A stretch of 64,000 bases of DNA from an uncultured Microthrixaceae bacterium (GCA_963725155.1 CAVRXU010000002.1:492506-556505), one strand, 5' to 3'; numbered from the stretch's first letter, positions 34,011 to 41,470 are shown. A program made the numbers and translations. Notes: generated by a model not told the origin, from the sequence alone.

Positions 34011-34798
34011 CGTGATTCGCCGGGCTCGGGCCGCAGGACGCACCGGACGGTTCGGCGCAGGATGTCGACGTCCCCGACGAGCGAGCGGTTGAGCGCATAC
34101 TCGACGTCGAGGCGGACGCGTTCCTCGTAGGGGATCGCGTTGCGGCCGTTCACCTGCCAGGCGCCGGTCATGCCCGGTCGCACCTGGAGCACGACTTGGG
34201 CACAACTGCCGTATCGCCCGAGTTCCTCGGGGACGACGGGCCGCGGGCCCACCAGGCTCATGTCACCCCGCAGGACGTTGATCAGCTGGGGCAGCTCGTC
34301 CAGGCTCGTCCGGCGAAGAACGCGGCCGACGCGGGTGATCCGCGGGTCGGACTGGAGCTTGAAGTCCTTCTCGAACGCGGCGCGCGCCTCCGGGTCCTCG
34401 AGGAGGATGACCGCGAGCCGCTCCTCGGCGTCGGTCCGCATCGTCCTGAACTTCATGCACTCGAATGGCTCGCCGTGCCTGCCGATGCGGGTCTGGCGGA
34501 AGATCGCCGGCCCTCGGGACGTGAGGGCCACCGCGGCCGCCACCACCAACATCAAGGGTGCGGTCAGGATGGTGATCAGACTCGCGACGACGAGGTCGAA
34601 CGTGCGCTGGGCCGCGTCGGCTCGAAGGCACCGTCCCCGGGCCCGCTCGACCATCCGGGCCTCGAAGGCCAACCTCCCGGACTCGACCTGCGGGCGGGCC
34701 AGCGCGCGCAACAGCGCAGCCGGTGTGACCGCCGAACCCGGACCCGCGGCCGGCTGGACGGTGGCCGACGTGTCGGCCAACTCAGTGGTAACCGCCAT
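34007..34798 (-). CDS. polyprenyl-phosphate sugar phosphotransferase (bacterial sugar transferase, WbaP/EpsL-type initiating enzyme)
   Basis: Start trimmed to MAVTTELADTS (ATG 34798, SD GAGGGAGAGGGG). TM FDLVVASLITILTAPLMLVVAAAVAL. Motifs KFRTM and SLDELPQLINVLRGDMSLVGPRP. Confidence 0.9.
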   Translation of the reverse strand: MAVTTELADTSATVQPAAGPGSAVTPAALLRALARPQVESGRLAFEARMVERARGRCLRADAAQRTFDLVVASLITILTAPLMLVVAAAVALTSRGPAIFRQTRIGRHGEPFECMKFRTMRTDAEERLAVILLEDPEARAAFEKDFKLQSDPRITRVGRVLRRTSLDELPQLINVLRGDMSLVGPRPVVPEELGRYGSCAQVVLQVRPGMTGAWQVNGRNAIPYEERVRLDVEYALNRSLVGDVDILRRTVRCVLRPEPGESR

Positions 34799-35004
34799 CG
34801 GAAGTGCCCCTCTCCCTCGGAACCCCGTCGGTTCCAGTTGTTCGCCGCCTCGACAAGGACCACGCTTCGGGTCCAGCAGCACCACTCTGCGTGGTGCACT
34901 CTGGAGCATAGAACCTTGTTTCCCTGTGCGCAAAGAGTGGCAGTCGGGGGTGACCAGGCGCCATAGGGAGACGTCTGAGTAGCTGGTAGGGAAAATGCTG
35001 AGAC
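34799..35004 (-). promoter_or_regulatory. conserved promoter/5' leader, copy B (candidate cis-regulatory RNA of the glycan operon)
   Basis: Reverse complement aligns with 10480-10684. Shared blocks: TCAGCATTTTCCCTA, ACTCAG..GTCT.CCTATGGC, GCGCACAG.GAA..CAAGG.TCTAT.CTCC, hairpin CACCAC-GCAGA-GTGGTG, CTGGACCC...TGGTCCTT, GGAACCGACGGGGTTCC, then the SD. Confidence 0.6.
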
Positions 35005-35039
35005 ACGTCTCAGCATAATGCCGACATGTAGTCAGCATT
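34995..35039. promoter_or_regulatory. array of two adjacent palindromes built from ATGCTGA(G/C)AC-type half sites (candidate transcription factor operator)
   Basis: 34995-35016 ATGCTGAGAC-ac-GTCTCAGCAT (perfect 10+10). 35017-35039 AATGCCGAC-atgta-GTCAGCATT (one mismatch). Related half sites at 10483-10491 (GTCAGCATT), 35852-35858 and 35890-35896 (AATGCT.). Confidence 0.5.
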
Positions 35040-35093
35040 TGTCGATGGCGGCGAGCGGTGCGCAATGCGACCCTCGGTCCGGGTTCGGGCGAG

Positions 35094-35771
35094 TCAGTCG
35101 ATACCGATGACGGACACGATGCCGTGTCGGATCGCGTACTTGCAGAGGGCGACGTCGTTGTGGAGGTTCAGCTTCTTCATGATGTGCTCGCGATGCGTAC
35201 TCACCGTCTTGGGACTGATCGACAGCCGGGCTGCGATCTCTCCCGTGCCGAGGCTGTCCGCGATGAGCTCCAACACCTCGTACTCGCGGCCGGTGAGATG
35301 GGGCTCATCGGTGTGGTCCCCCCCTCGGTGGGCCACGTAGTCGCGGACCAGGTCGCCGGCTATGGCCGGGCTCAGGTACGTCTGGTTGGCGGCCACCGCG
35401 CGGATGGCCGTCAGCACCTCTTTGGTTTCGGCGCTCCAGAGCACATAGCCCGAGGCCCCCGCCTCGAGCAGATCCGACAGGACGCGCCGATCGCCGTGGT
35501 GGGAGAAGCAGAGCACGCTGGCATCCGGGTGCTCGGCGAGGATCCGGCGCGTCGCTTCGACACCGTTCGACTTGGACGTCGAGACGTCCATGAGCACGAC
35601 CCCCGGAGGGTTCTCCCGGGCGGCATCGACGGCGGCGTCGCCGTCCGGGGCCATACCGACGACCGTGATGTCCGGTTCCCGCTCTACCACGGTCTGTAGG
35701 CCCTCTCGCAACAGAGGGTGGTCATCGACCACGAGGACCCGGGTGGGCATCGCCGTCATCCGGTCACCCAC
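35094..35771 (-). CDS. NarL/LuxR-family response regulator (no adjacent histidine kinase)
   Basis: Receiver RVLVVDDHPLLREGL...VVLMDV. C-terminal HTH LTGREYEVLELIADSLGTGEIAARLSISPKTVSTHREHIMKKL. Start may be M1, M5 or M8 of the ORF. Confidence 0.9.
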   Translation of the reverse strand: MGDRMTAMPTRVLVVDDHPLLREGLQTVVEREPDITVVGMAPDGDAAVDAARENPPGVVLMDVSTSKSNGVEATRRILAEHPDASVLCFSHHGDRRVLSDLLEAGASGYVLWSAETKEVLTAIRAVAANQTYLSPAIAGDLVRDYVAHRGGDHTDEPHLTGREYEVLELIADSLGTGEIAARLSISPKTVSTHREHIMKKLNLHNDVALCKYAIRHGIVSVIGID

Positions 35772-35964
35772 CGCGGTAGGTTCGCATCGATACCCGTTCG
35801 CCGACGGGGCCCGACGGCGCGCAGGACCGTTGATCGACCTGCATTCCCGCCAATGCTGCGTCGAGCGCCCATTTCACCGTCCTTGACGCAATGCTAGGAC
35901 CACAGGCGCGGGATCGGCAACGGATCAGTTCAACCGGATCGACGAGGCAAGGAGCAAGGCGACC

Positions 35965-37077
35965 ATGGGCGGAGAGGAGACCGGGTCGGGCGCACTCGAC
36001 CTGGTGGTCGCGCTGTGCCGGGCGCTGGAGGACGAGGGGATCCGGTATTGCCACTGGAAGAGCAATGAGGCGATCGAGCGGTCCGCCTCCGGCGAGAACG
36101 ACCTCGACCTGCTCATCGACCGGAGTGACACCGACCGGTTCGGGGCTGTGCTCCACGAACTCGGCTTCAAGCAGGCCCGTCCGGCGCCGTCGCGGGAAGT
36201 CCCGGGTCTGATCGACCACTACGGCCTCGATGCCGGATCCGGTCGCCTCGTCCACCTCCAGGCCCACTACCAGCTGGTGCTCGGCGACGACATGACGAAG
36301 AACTTCCATCTGCCCGTGGAGCGGGCGTACCTCGACTCGAAGGGTGCCAGTGAGCTCATACGCGTACCCGCACCCGAGTTCGAGTTGGCCGTGTTCGTCG
36401 TCCGCATGATCCTCAAGCACTCGACATGGGATGCCCAGCTCTGTCTGATGGGGGGGCTGTCGGCGTCCGAACAGCGGGAGCTCACCCACCTGTTGGCGCA
36501 GGTGCCGGAGCCCGGGAGGGCCACAGCGCTCGCCGAGCGACTGCCGTTCCTGTCCCCGCAGCTCGTGGACCGCTGCCTCCGGTCCCTCGAATCACCCCCG
36601 TCGAGGTGGCAGCGGGCGTCGATCGCGCGATCGCTCGAGCGCGACCTGGCGGCGTACGCCCGACAGGCCAGGAGCGTCGACATCGCCCAGCGCACGGTCC
36701 GCCGAGGCCTGAGGGGGGCGCGCCACGTCGCCGGACCCCCAGCCCGGAAGCGTTTCGTCGACGGGGGCGCGCTCATCGCGGTCGTCGGCCCTGAAGAAGC
36801 CGTGGCGGCCGTCGTCGCTGGGCTGGTGGGCTGGTTGGAGAAGGCCCTGGCGGTCAAGCAATTCAGCTTCCGGGGGCCGGAGGAGGGACAGTCGTCAGCG
36901 CGAACGTACGGTCGAGCCCTTCGATTCGCCGCCAACGGGGGGATCTCGATCTGCGATCAGTTCCCGCCGGACCGCCCCGCTCCTGACATCCTCGTCCAGC
37001 TCGAGCCGGATGAGGACGGCCGGCCGATCGACGACAGGCTGCGCGACGCCCGTGAGCACATCTGGGCGAGGCTGTAG
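35965..37077 (+). CDS. hypothetical protein: N-terminal uncharacterised nucleotidyltransferase-like region + C-terminal degenerate P-loop-kinase-like region
   Basis: N-terminus IRYCHWKSNEAIERSASGENDLDLLIDRSD (D-x-D as in minimal nucleotidyltransferases). C-terminus ALIAVVGPEEAVAAV ... ICDQFP ... PDILVQLEPDED parallels the Walker A / CDRY / PDLVIRLNVDEE order of 32052-32770 but lacks GK(S/T). Confidence 0.55.
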   Translation: MGGEETGSGALDLVVALCRALEDEGIRYCHWKSNEAIERSASGENDLDLLIDRSDTDRFGAVLHELGFKQARPAPSREVPGLIDHYGLDAGSGRLVHLQAHYQLVLGDDMTKNFHLPVERAYLDSKGASELIRVPAPEFELAVFVVRMILKHSTWDAQLCLMGGLSASEQRELTHLLAQVPEPGRATALAERLPFLSPQLVDRCLRSLESPPSRWQRASIARSLERDLAAYARQARSVDIAQRTVRRGLRGARHVAGPPARKRFVDGGALIAVVGPEEAVAAVVAGLVGWLEKALAVKQFSFRGPEEGQSSARTYGRALRFAANGGISICDQFPPDRPAPDILVQLEPDEDGRPIDDRLRDAREHIWARL

Positions 37078-37141
37078 CTCGCGGCGAGGCGGAACGACCG
37101 AGCCTACGATCTCGGTGGCGAGGGCGAGTCGGGAGGTGGTG

Positions 37142-37708
37142 ATGCCGGACTACACCACGAGGCCGCTGGACGCTGAGACGTGGCCGGATTTCGCCGAGCT
37201 GGTCGAGGCGAACAACGGCGTCTGGGGTGGCTGCTGGTGCATGGGCTTCCATCCGAAGGGGCCGGGGTGGGGCAAGAGCGCCGCGCTGAACCGGGCCGAG
37301 AAAGAGGAGCGGGTCCGGAACGGAGAGGCGCACGCCGCGCTCGTCTACGACGGTGACCAGTGTGTCGGCTGGTGCCAGTTCGGGGTGCCCGAAGAATTGC
37401 CACGGATCAAGAACCGGAAGGCGTACGAGGAGGGTCTGGGCGAGCTGCCGGACTGGCGGATCACCTGCTTCTTCGTCGGCAAGGGCCATCGCGGCCAGGG
37501 GGTGGCGGCCGCCGGGCTCGCCGGGGCGCTCGAGGAGATGACCCGACTCGGCGGCGGGACGGTCGAGAGCTATCCCGACGAGGTCGAGGGCCGGGGATCG
37601 GCCTCCTTCCTGCACAACGGCACGCTCGCCATGTTCGAACAGCAGGGTTTCGAGCGGACTCGTCGCATCGGCAAGAACCGCTGGGTGGTCCACAAGTCCG
37701 TCGGTTGA
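37142..37708 (+). CDS. GNAT family N-acetyltransferase
   Basis: Start MPDYTTRPLD (ATG 37142 after GGGAGGTGG). Acetyl-CoA loop FFVGKGHRGQGVAAAGLAGAL. C-terminal FEQQGFE. Confidence 0.8.
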   Translation: MPDYTTRPLDAETWPDFAELVEANNGVWGGCWCMGFHPKGPGWGKSAALNRAEKEERVRNGEAHAALVYDGDQCVGWCQFGVPEELPRIKNRKAYEEGLGELPDWRITCFFVGKGHRGQGVAAAGLAGALEEMTRLGGGTVESYPDEVEGRGSASFLHNGTLAMFEQQGFERTRRIGKNRWVVHKSVG

Positions 37709-37763
37709 CCCGCTGGCGACGCGCCATTGGCGGATTCGGCCGACGTCGAGCGTTGTGTAATGG

Positions 37764-37787
37764 ACTATCGCGATATATCGTGATAGT
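37764..37787. promoter_or_regulatory. 24-bp near-perfect palindrome directly upstream of the PadR start (probable autoregulatory operator)
   Basis: ACTATCGCGATA|TATCGTGATAGT, one mismatch. It ends 2 nt before ATG 37789, in an AT-richer island. Confidence 0.6.
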
Positions 37788-37788
37788 C

Positions 37789-38376
37789 ATGAACGAACAC
37801 AAGCACAACCGCGGCGGCCGGCGATCCCGGCCGCCCTATGACGACAACGAGCGCTCTGGTCGCGGCCGAGGCCGCCCCGGGCGACCCGGCGACGGACGTC
37901 CTGGCCGAGGTCGGGGAGGCCGACCGGGCACCGGACGGATGCGCCGAGGCGATGTCCGTACCGCCCTGCTGATCGGACTGCTCGACGGCCCCGGGCACGG
38001 CTACGAGCTCATCCAGCTGCTCGAGACGAAGACCGATGGTCGATGGCGCCCGAGCCCCGGCTCGGTGTACCCGTCGCTGCAGCAACTGGCCGACGAAGGC
38101 CTCGTCACCTCCACCGAGGTCGAGGGCAAGCGCACCTACGAGATCACCGACGAGGGTCGAGCGCTCGCCGAGGAACGCATCGCCGCTGAGGGCTACCCGT
38201 GGGACGCGATGGACGAGGGGCGCGGCGATCAGGGTGGCCTCCGCACTGCCGTGAAGGACCTGGCCGTGGCCGCGAAGCTGGTCGGCATGAACGGCTCGCC
38301 CGAGTCGATCGAGCAGGCCTCGGCGATCCTGATCAAGGCCCGCAAGGACCTCTACGGGATCCTCGCCGAAGGCTGA
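37789..38376 (+). CDS. PadR-family transcriptional regulator with about 50-aa Arg/Gly-rich N-terminal extension
   Basis: Winged-helix core LLIGLLDGPGHGYELIQLLE...GSVYPSLQQLADEGLV...KRTYEITDEG. N-terminus MNEHKHNRGGRRSRPPYDDNERSGRGRGRPGRPGDGRPGRGRGGRPGTGRMRRG. Confidence 0.8.
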   Translation: MNEHKHNRGGRRSRPPYDDNERSGRGRGRPGRPGDGRPGRGRGGRPGTGRMRRGDVRTALLIGLLDGPGHGYELIQLLETKTDGRWRPSPGSVYPSLQQLADEGLVTSTEVEGKRTYEITDEGRALAEERIAAEGYPWDAMDEGRGDQGGLRTAVKDLAVAAKLVGMNGSPESIEQASAILIKARKDLYGILAEG

Positions 38377-38395
38377 CGATTAGCTTCGTCACCTC

Positions 38396-39511
38396 ATGAC
38401 GTCGACCGCCGGCACCGCCTTCAAGCAGATGCTCGCCGAGCTCGGCGAGCTCGGGGAGTGGCTCGACGCCCACGAGATGGGCGACCAGGACCGGGCCGAG
38501 GGGTTCCGCCACCTGGCGCACCTGCTGGCCGTCGGGCTCGACCACCACCTCGAGTCCGACCCCGAGCGCCCGCTGTTCACCCGCATCGTCTCGCCCCACC
38601 GCAAGATGCAGGGCGACAACCCCGACGCCGTCTACTTCTGGACGGCCATCCGCGGCGACCGCGCCTACCGGGTGTGGGGGCGGCACGCGGGGGAGGGCTA
38701 CCTGTCCTTCACGGTCCACGGCGCCGACCTGAACGACCCCAACCGGGAGCGGGTCATCGCCGATGTGAACTACGAGTCGCTCCTCCACGGCGACGACGGT
38801 GTTTACGAGCTGATGGTGAGCCCGGAGCCGGCGCCCGAGGGCCATGTCGGCAACTGGCTGAAGGTGGATCGAGACGCCCACTCCATCGTCACCCGCCATT
38901 ACTTCGAGCGGGTCGAGCCGGCGGCCGCCGACCCCGACGTGCACGTGGCGCTGCACATCGACCCGGTCGACGACCCCGGCCCCGCGCCGCCGTGGACCGA
39001 GGCGATGATCGCCGAGCGCCTCGCGGCCGTCGCCACCTTCGTGGCGTCGAAGACGACGGGGACGGCTCCGCCGGATGAGCAGCCCGAGATCCCTTTTGTC
39101 TCCCGGACGCCGAACGACCTGCCCCAGCCCTTCAGCTTTCGCGACGCGGGCATCGAGGTGCTCGGGGCGGTGGACGCCCACTACTCGATGGGGCCCTACG
39201 AGCTCGGCCCCGACGAGGCGCTCGTCCTGGAGGGGACCATCCCGCCGGCCGCCTTCGTCAACGTCATGCTCTGGAACCGGCACATGCAGACCTACGAGTA
39301 CCGGACCCACCAGACCTCGCTGAACCGCGAGCAGCTCCAACTCGGCCCCGACGGCAGCTATCGGATCGTCATCGCCAACCGGGACCCGGGCGTGCCCAAC
39401 TGGCTGGACACCGAGGGCCACGCCCGCGGCTCGATCTTCTGGCGCTTCTTCCTGGCCGAGGAGCGACCCAGCCCCATCACCTGCACGGTGGTCCCGCTCC
39501 CGGACCTCTGA
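38396..39511 (+). CDS. hypothetical protein (DUF1214-like)
   Basis: 371-aa ORF with good coding composition. Motifs GDNPDAVYFW, NWLKVD, PNWLDTEGHARGSIFWRF resemble DUF1214-type proteins. Function unknown. Confidence 0.6.
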   Translation: MTSTAGTAFKQMLAELGELGEWLDAHEMGDQDRAEGFRHLAHLLAVGLDHHLESDPERPLFTRIVSPHRKMQGDNPDAVYFWTAIRGDRAYRVWGRHAGEGYLSFTVHGADLNDPNRERVIADVNYESLLHGDDGVYELMVSPEPAPEGHVGNWLKVDRDAHSIVTRHYFERVEPAAADPDVHVALHIDPVDDPGPAPPWTEAMIAERLAAVATFVASKTTGTAPPDEQPEIPFVSRTPNDLPQPFSFRDAGIEVLGAVDAHYSMGPYELGPDEALVLEGTIPPAAFVNVMLWNRHMQTYEYRTHQTSLNREQLQLGPDGSYRIVIANRDPGVPNWLDTEGHARGSIFWRFFLAEERPSPITCTVVPLPDL

Positions 39512-39628
39512 GGACGGGCCCGCGCCCGCCCTAGAGCACGATGACAACCCTGGCTTGGGCCGCGGTGTTGTCGAAAGCAGCGCGCGCCGCGACCATGGCG
39601 ACCAACGGCCAGAGAAGAGGAGCTCCCT

Positions 39629-40204
39629 GTGACCAGCCTGAGCGATCGTCCCAACACCGCCCTGCTGGTGGTGGACGTGCAGAACGACGTGGTGGCCAAC
39701 ACCCACCAGCGCGACGAGGTGATCGCCAACATCAGCACCCTGGTCGACACCGCCCGCGCCCAGGAGGTGCCGGTGATCTGGGTCCAGCATGCTGACGACG
39801 AGATCGTCGAGGACAGCGACGGCTGGCAGTACGTGCCCGAGCTGGTGCGCCAGGAGGCAGAGCCGCTGGTGCACAAGCACCACGGCGATTCCTTCGAGGA
39901 CACCACCCTCGAGTCCGAGCTGGCCGAGCAGGGCGTCGGTCGGCTCGTCGTCGTCGGCGCCCAGACCGACGCCTGCGTTCGCGCCACCCTCCATGGCGCC
40001 TTCGTCCGCGGCTACGACACCCTCCTGGTCGGCGACGCCCACACGACCGAGGACTTCTCCGAGTACGGCCTGCCCCCGGCCGACAAGGTCATTGCCCACA
40101 CCAACATGTACTGGGGCTGGCAGACAGGCCCCGGGCGCGTGGCCGGCGTGGTCGAGACCGCCGACGTGAACTTCGGGGTCACCGACGAGGGCGCTCCGGC
40201 ATAG
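39629..40204 (+). CDS. isochorismatase-family cysteine hydrolase
   Basis: ALLVVDVQNDV, catalytic Cys context LVVVGAQTDACVRATL. GTG start after AGAGGAG. Confidence 0.85.
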   Translation: MTSLSDRPNTALLVVDVQNDVVANTHQRDEVIANISTLVDTARAQEVPVIWVQHADDEIVEDSDGWQYVPELVRQEAEPLVHKHHGDSFEDTTLESELAEQGVGRLVVVGAQTDACVRATLHGAFVRGYDTLLVGDAHTTEDFSEYGLPPADKVIAHTNMYWGWQTGPGRVAGVVETADVNFGVTDEGAPA

Positions 40205-40209
40205 CCGAA

Positions 40210-41376
40210 CTACGCGTCGGCTGGGACGAGGTCGTCGAGCTCGAAGCCGAACTCGTCGAAGGTCGGCTGGAGTGCCGCCAGGTCGAAGGCGTAGACCTCT
40301 GCGGCGTTCCCGTAGAGGATCTTCCGGGCGTCGGTCTCGGTGACGTGGGGGTTGCCGACGAGGGTGGCCACGTGCTCCATCGTGTCCGGGAAGATCGACT
40401 CGAAGTGCGGGTAGTCGACGCCGAACATGGCGTTGCCGCTGTCGATGTGGAACCCGGCGGTGTCGTCGGCGTCCTTCGTGCCCAGGCCGTCGACAGAGAT
40501 CTGCGACGGGTGGAACGGGGAGATCCCGGCGTAGCAGTTGTCGTGCCAGTACTCACTGGCCAGCCGACTGAACGCGCGCTCCCTCTTGATGAACTGGGCG
40601 AACTCGGTCCAGTCGTCACCCATGCTCATGCGCCGGTCGAGGTGCTCGATCATCGGGCCGATCCACCAGGCCTCGGTCTCGACGAAGGCCAGCTTGAGCT
40701 CCGGGAACCGGTCGAACACCCCGCCGAGCATCATCTGCCACATCGAGCGACCGGAGAAGAAGGAGTGTTCGGTGGCCAGCACCATGATGGCGGCGAACCC
40801 CGCGGGCTGGTAGTCCGGGGCACCGGTGCCGCCGTGCTGGCTGAGCGGCAGACCGACCTCCTGGCAGGCGGCCCAGATCGGGTCCAGCACCGGGTCGAAG
40901 AAGAACTTCGACCCCGGGTACAGGGGCGGCATGACGATGCCGCCGAGGCCCTGCTCCTTCGCCCAGTGAACGTCGGCCACCGCTTGCTCGACGTCGTCGA
41001 AGGCGACCAACGCCTGCCCGACCAGGCGGCCTTGCCCTTCGAAGCAGAAATCGACGAGCCACCGGTTGTACGCCATGTTCGCCTGCCGGGTCAGGGCGGG
41101 GTCCGGCGCGTAGTCGACCCGGCCCTCGGCGAAGGCGGTCCCGTTGGGGAAGAGGACCTCGGCGACGACGCCCTGGGTGGCGAGGTCGACCAGCCGCCGG
41201 TTCGGATCCCACTGGCCGTCTTCCATCTGCGGGCGCACGAACCCGTCGGGGGTCCCGTCGACTCGGGCCAGCCACTTGTCGAACTGGTCGCGGAACCCGG
41301 GATCGATGTAGTCCCGGTACTTCGCTCGGGGGGCCTTGACGTGCCCGTCCACCGAGATGATCCCTGCTCGTGCCAT
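40210..41376 (-). CDS. amidohydrolase-2 (ACMSD-like metal-dependent hydrolase/decarboxylase) family protein
   Basis: IISVDGHV at the N-terminus, LPLSQHGG, FGVDYPHFES near the C-terminus. Confidence 0.75.
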   Translation of the reverse strand: MARAGIISVDGHVKAPRAKYRDYIDPGFRDQFDKWLARVDGTPDGFVRPQMEDGQWDPNRRLVDLATQGVVAEVLFPNGTAFAEGRVDYAPDPALTRQANMAYNRWLVDFCFEGQGRLVGQALVAFDDVEQAVADVHWAKEQGLGGIVMPPLYPGSKFFFDPVLDPIWAACQEVGLPLSQHGGTGAPDYQPAGFAAIMVLATEHSFFSGRSMWQMMLGGVFDRFPELKLAFVETEAWWIGPMIEHLDRRMSMGDDWTEFAQFIKRERAFSRLASEYWHDNCYAGISPFHPSQISVDGLGTKDADDTAGFHIDSGNAMFGVDYPHFESIFPDTMEHVATLVGNPHVTETDARKILYGNAAEVYAFDLAALQPTFDEFGFELDDLVPADA

Positions 41377-41470
41377 CGATGCCCCCGAATCGAGCGGAGG
41401 ACCCGGTCGAACCCCTCGCTGCTCCGGCCCAGCGTGACACGGGCGGGCGCTTCGTGCAAGGTACTCCTTG

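Noticed and set aside
10480-35004. The inverted leader copies as terminal inverted repeats of a composite transposon or genomic island
   Set aside because: No transposase, integrase or direct target repeats were seen. The repeats contain functional gene starts, so paralogous regulatory modules are the simpler explanation. Inversion potential is kept as a low-key finding.
34799-35004. Stating outright that the leader is a c-di-GMP-I riboswitch
   Set aside because: The resemblance rests on a few short blocks recalled from the Vc2 aptamer. Copy A deviates in those blocks and I cannot run a covariance model. It is kept only as a testable hypothesis.
34995-35016. Calling the perfect palindrome simply a Rho-independent terminator of the response-regulator gene
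   Set aside because: Not fully excluded. However, the loop would be only 2 nt, a second related palindrome follows immediately, and one arm belongs to the block conserved in leader copy A, where no upstream gene needs terminating. It is reported as a candidate operator instead.
35764-36489. 241-aa minus-strand ORF upstream of the response regulator as its missing histidine kinase
   Set aside because: It has no H-box, N/G boxes or TM segments. It is antisense to the better-supported plus-strand gene 35965-37077.
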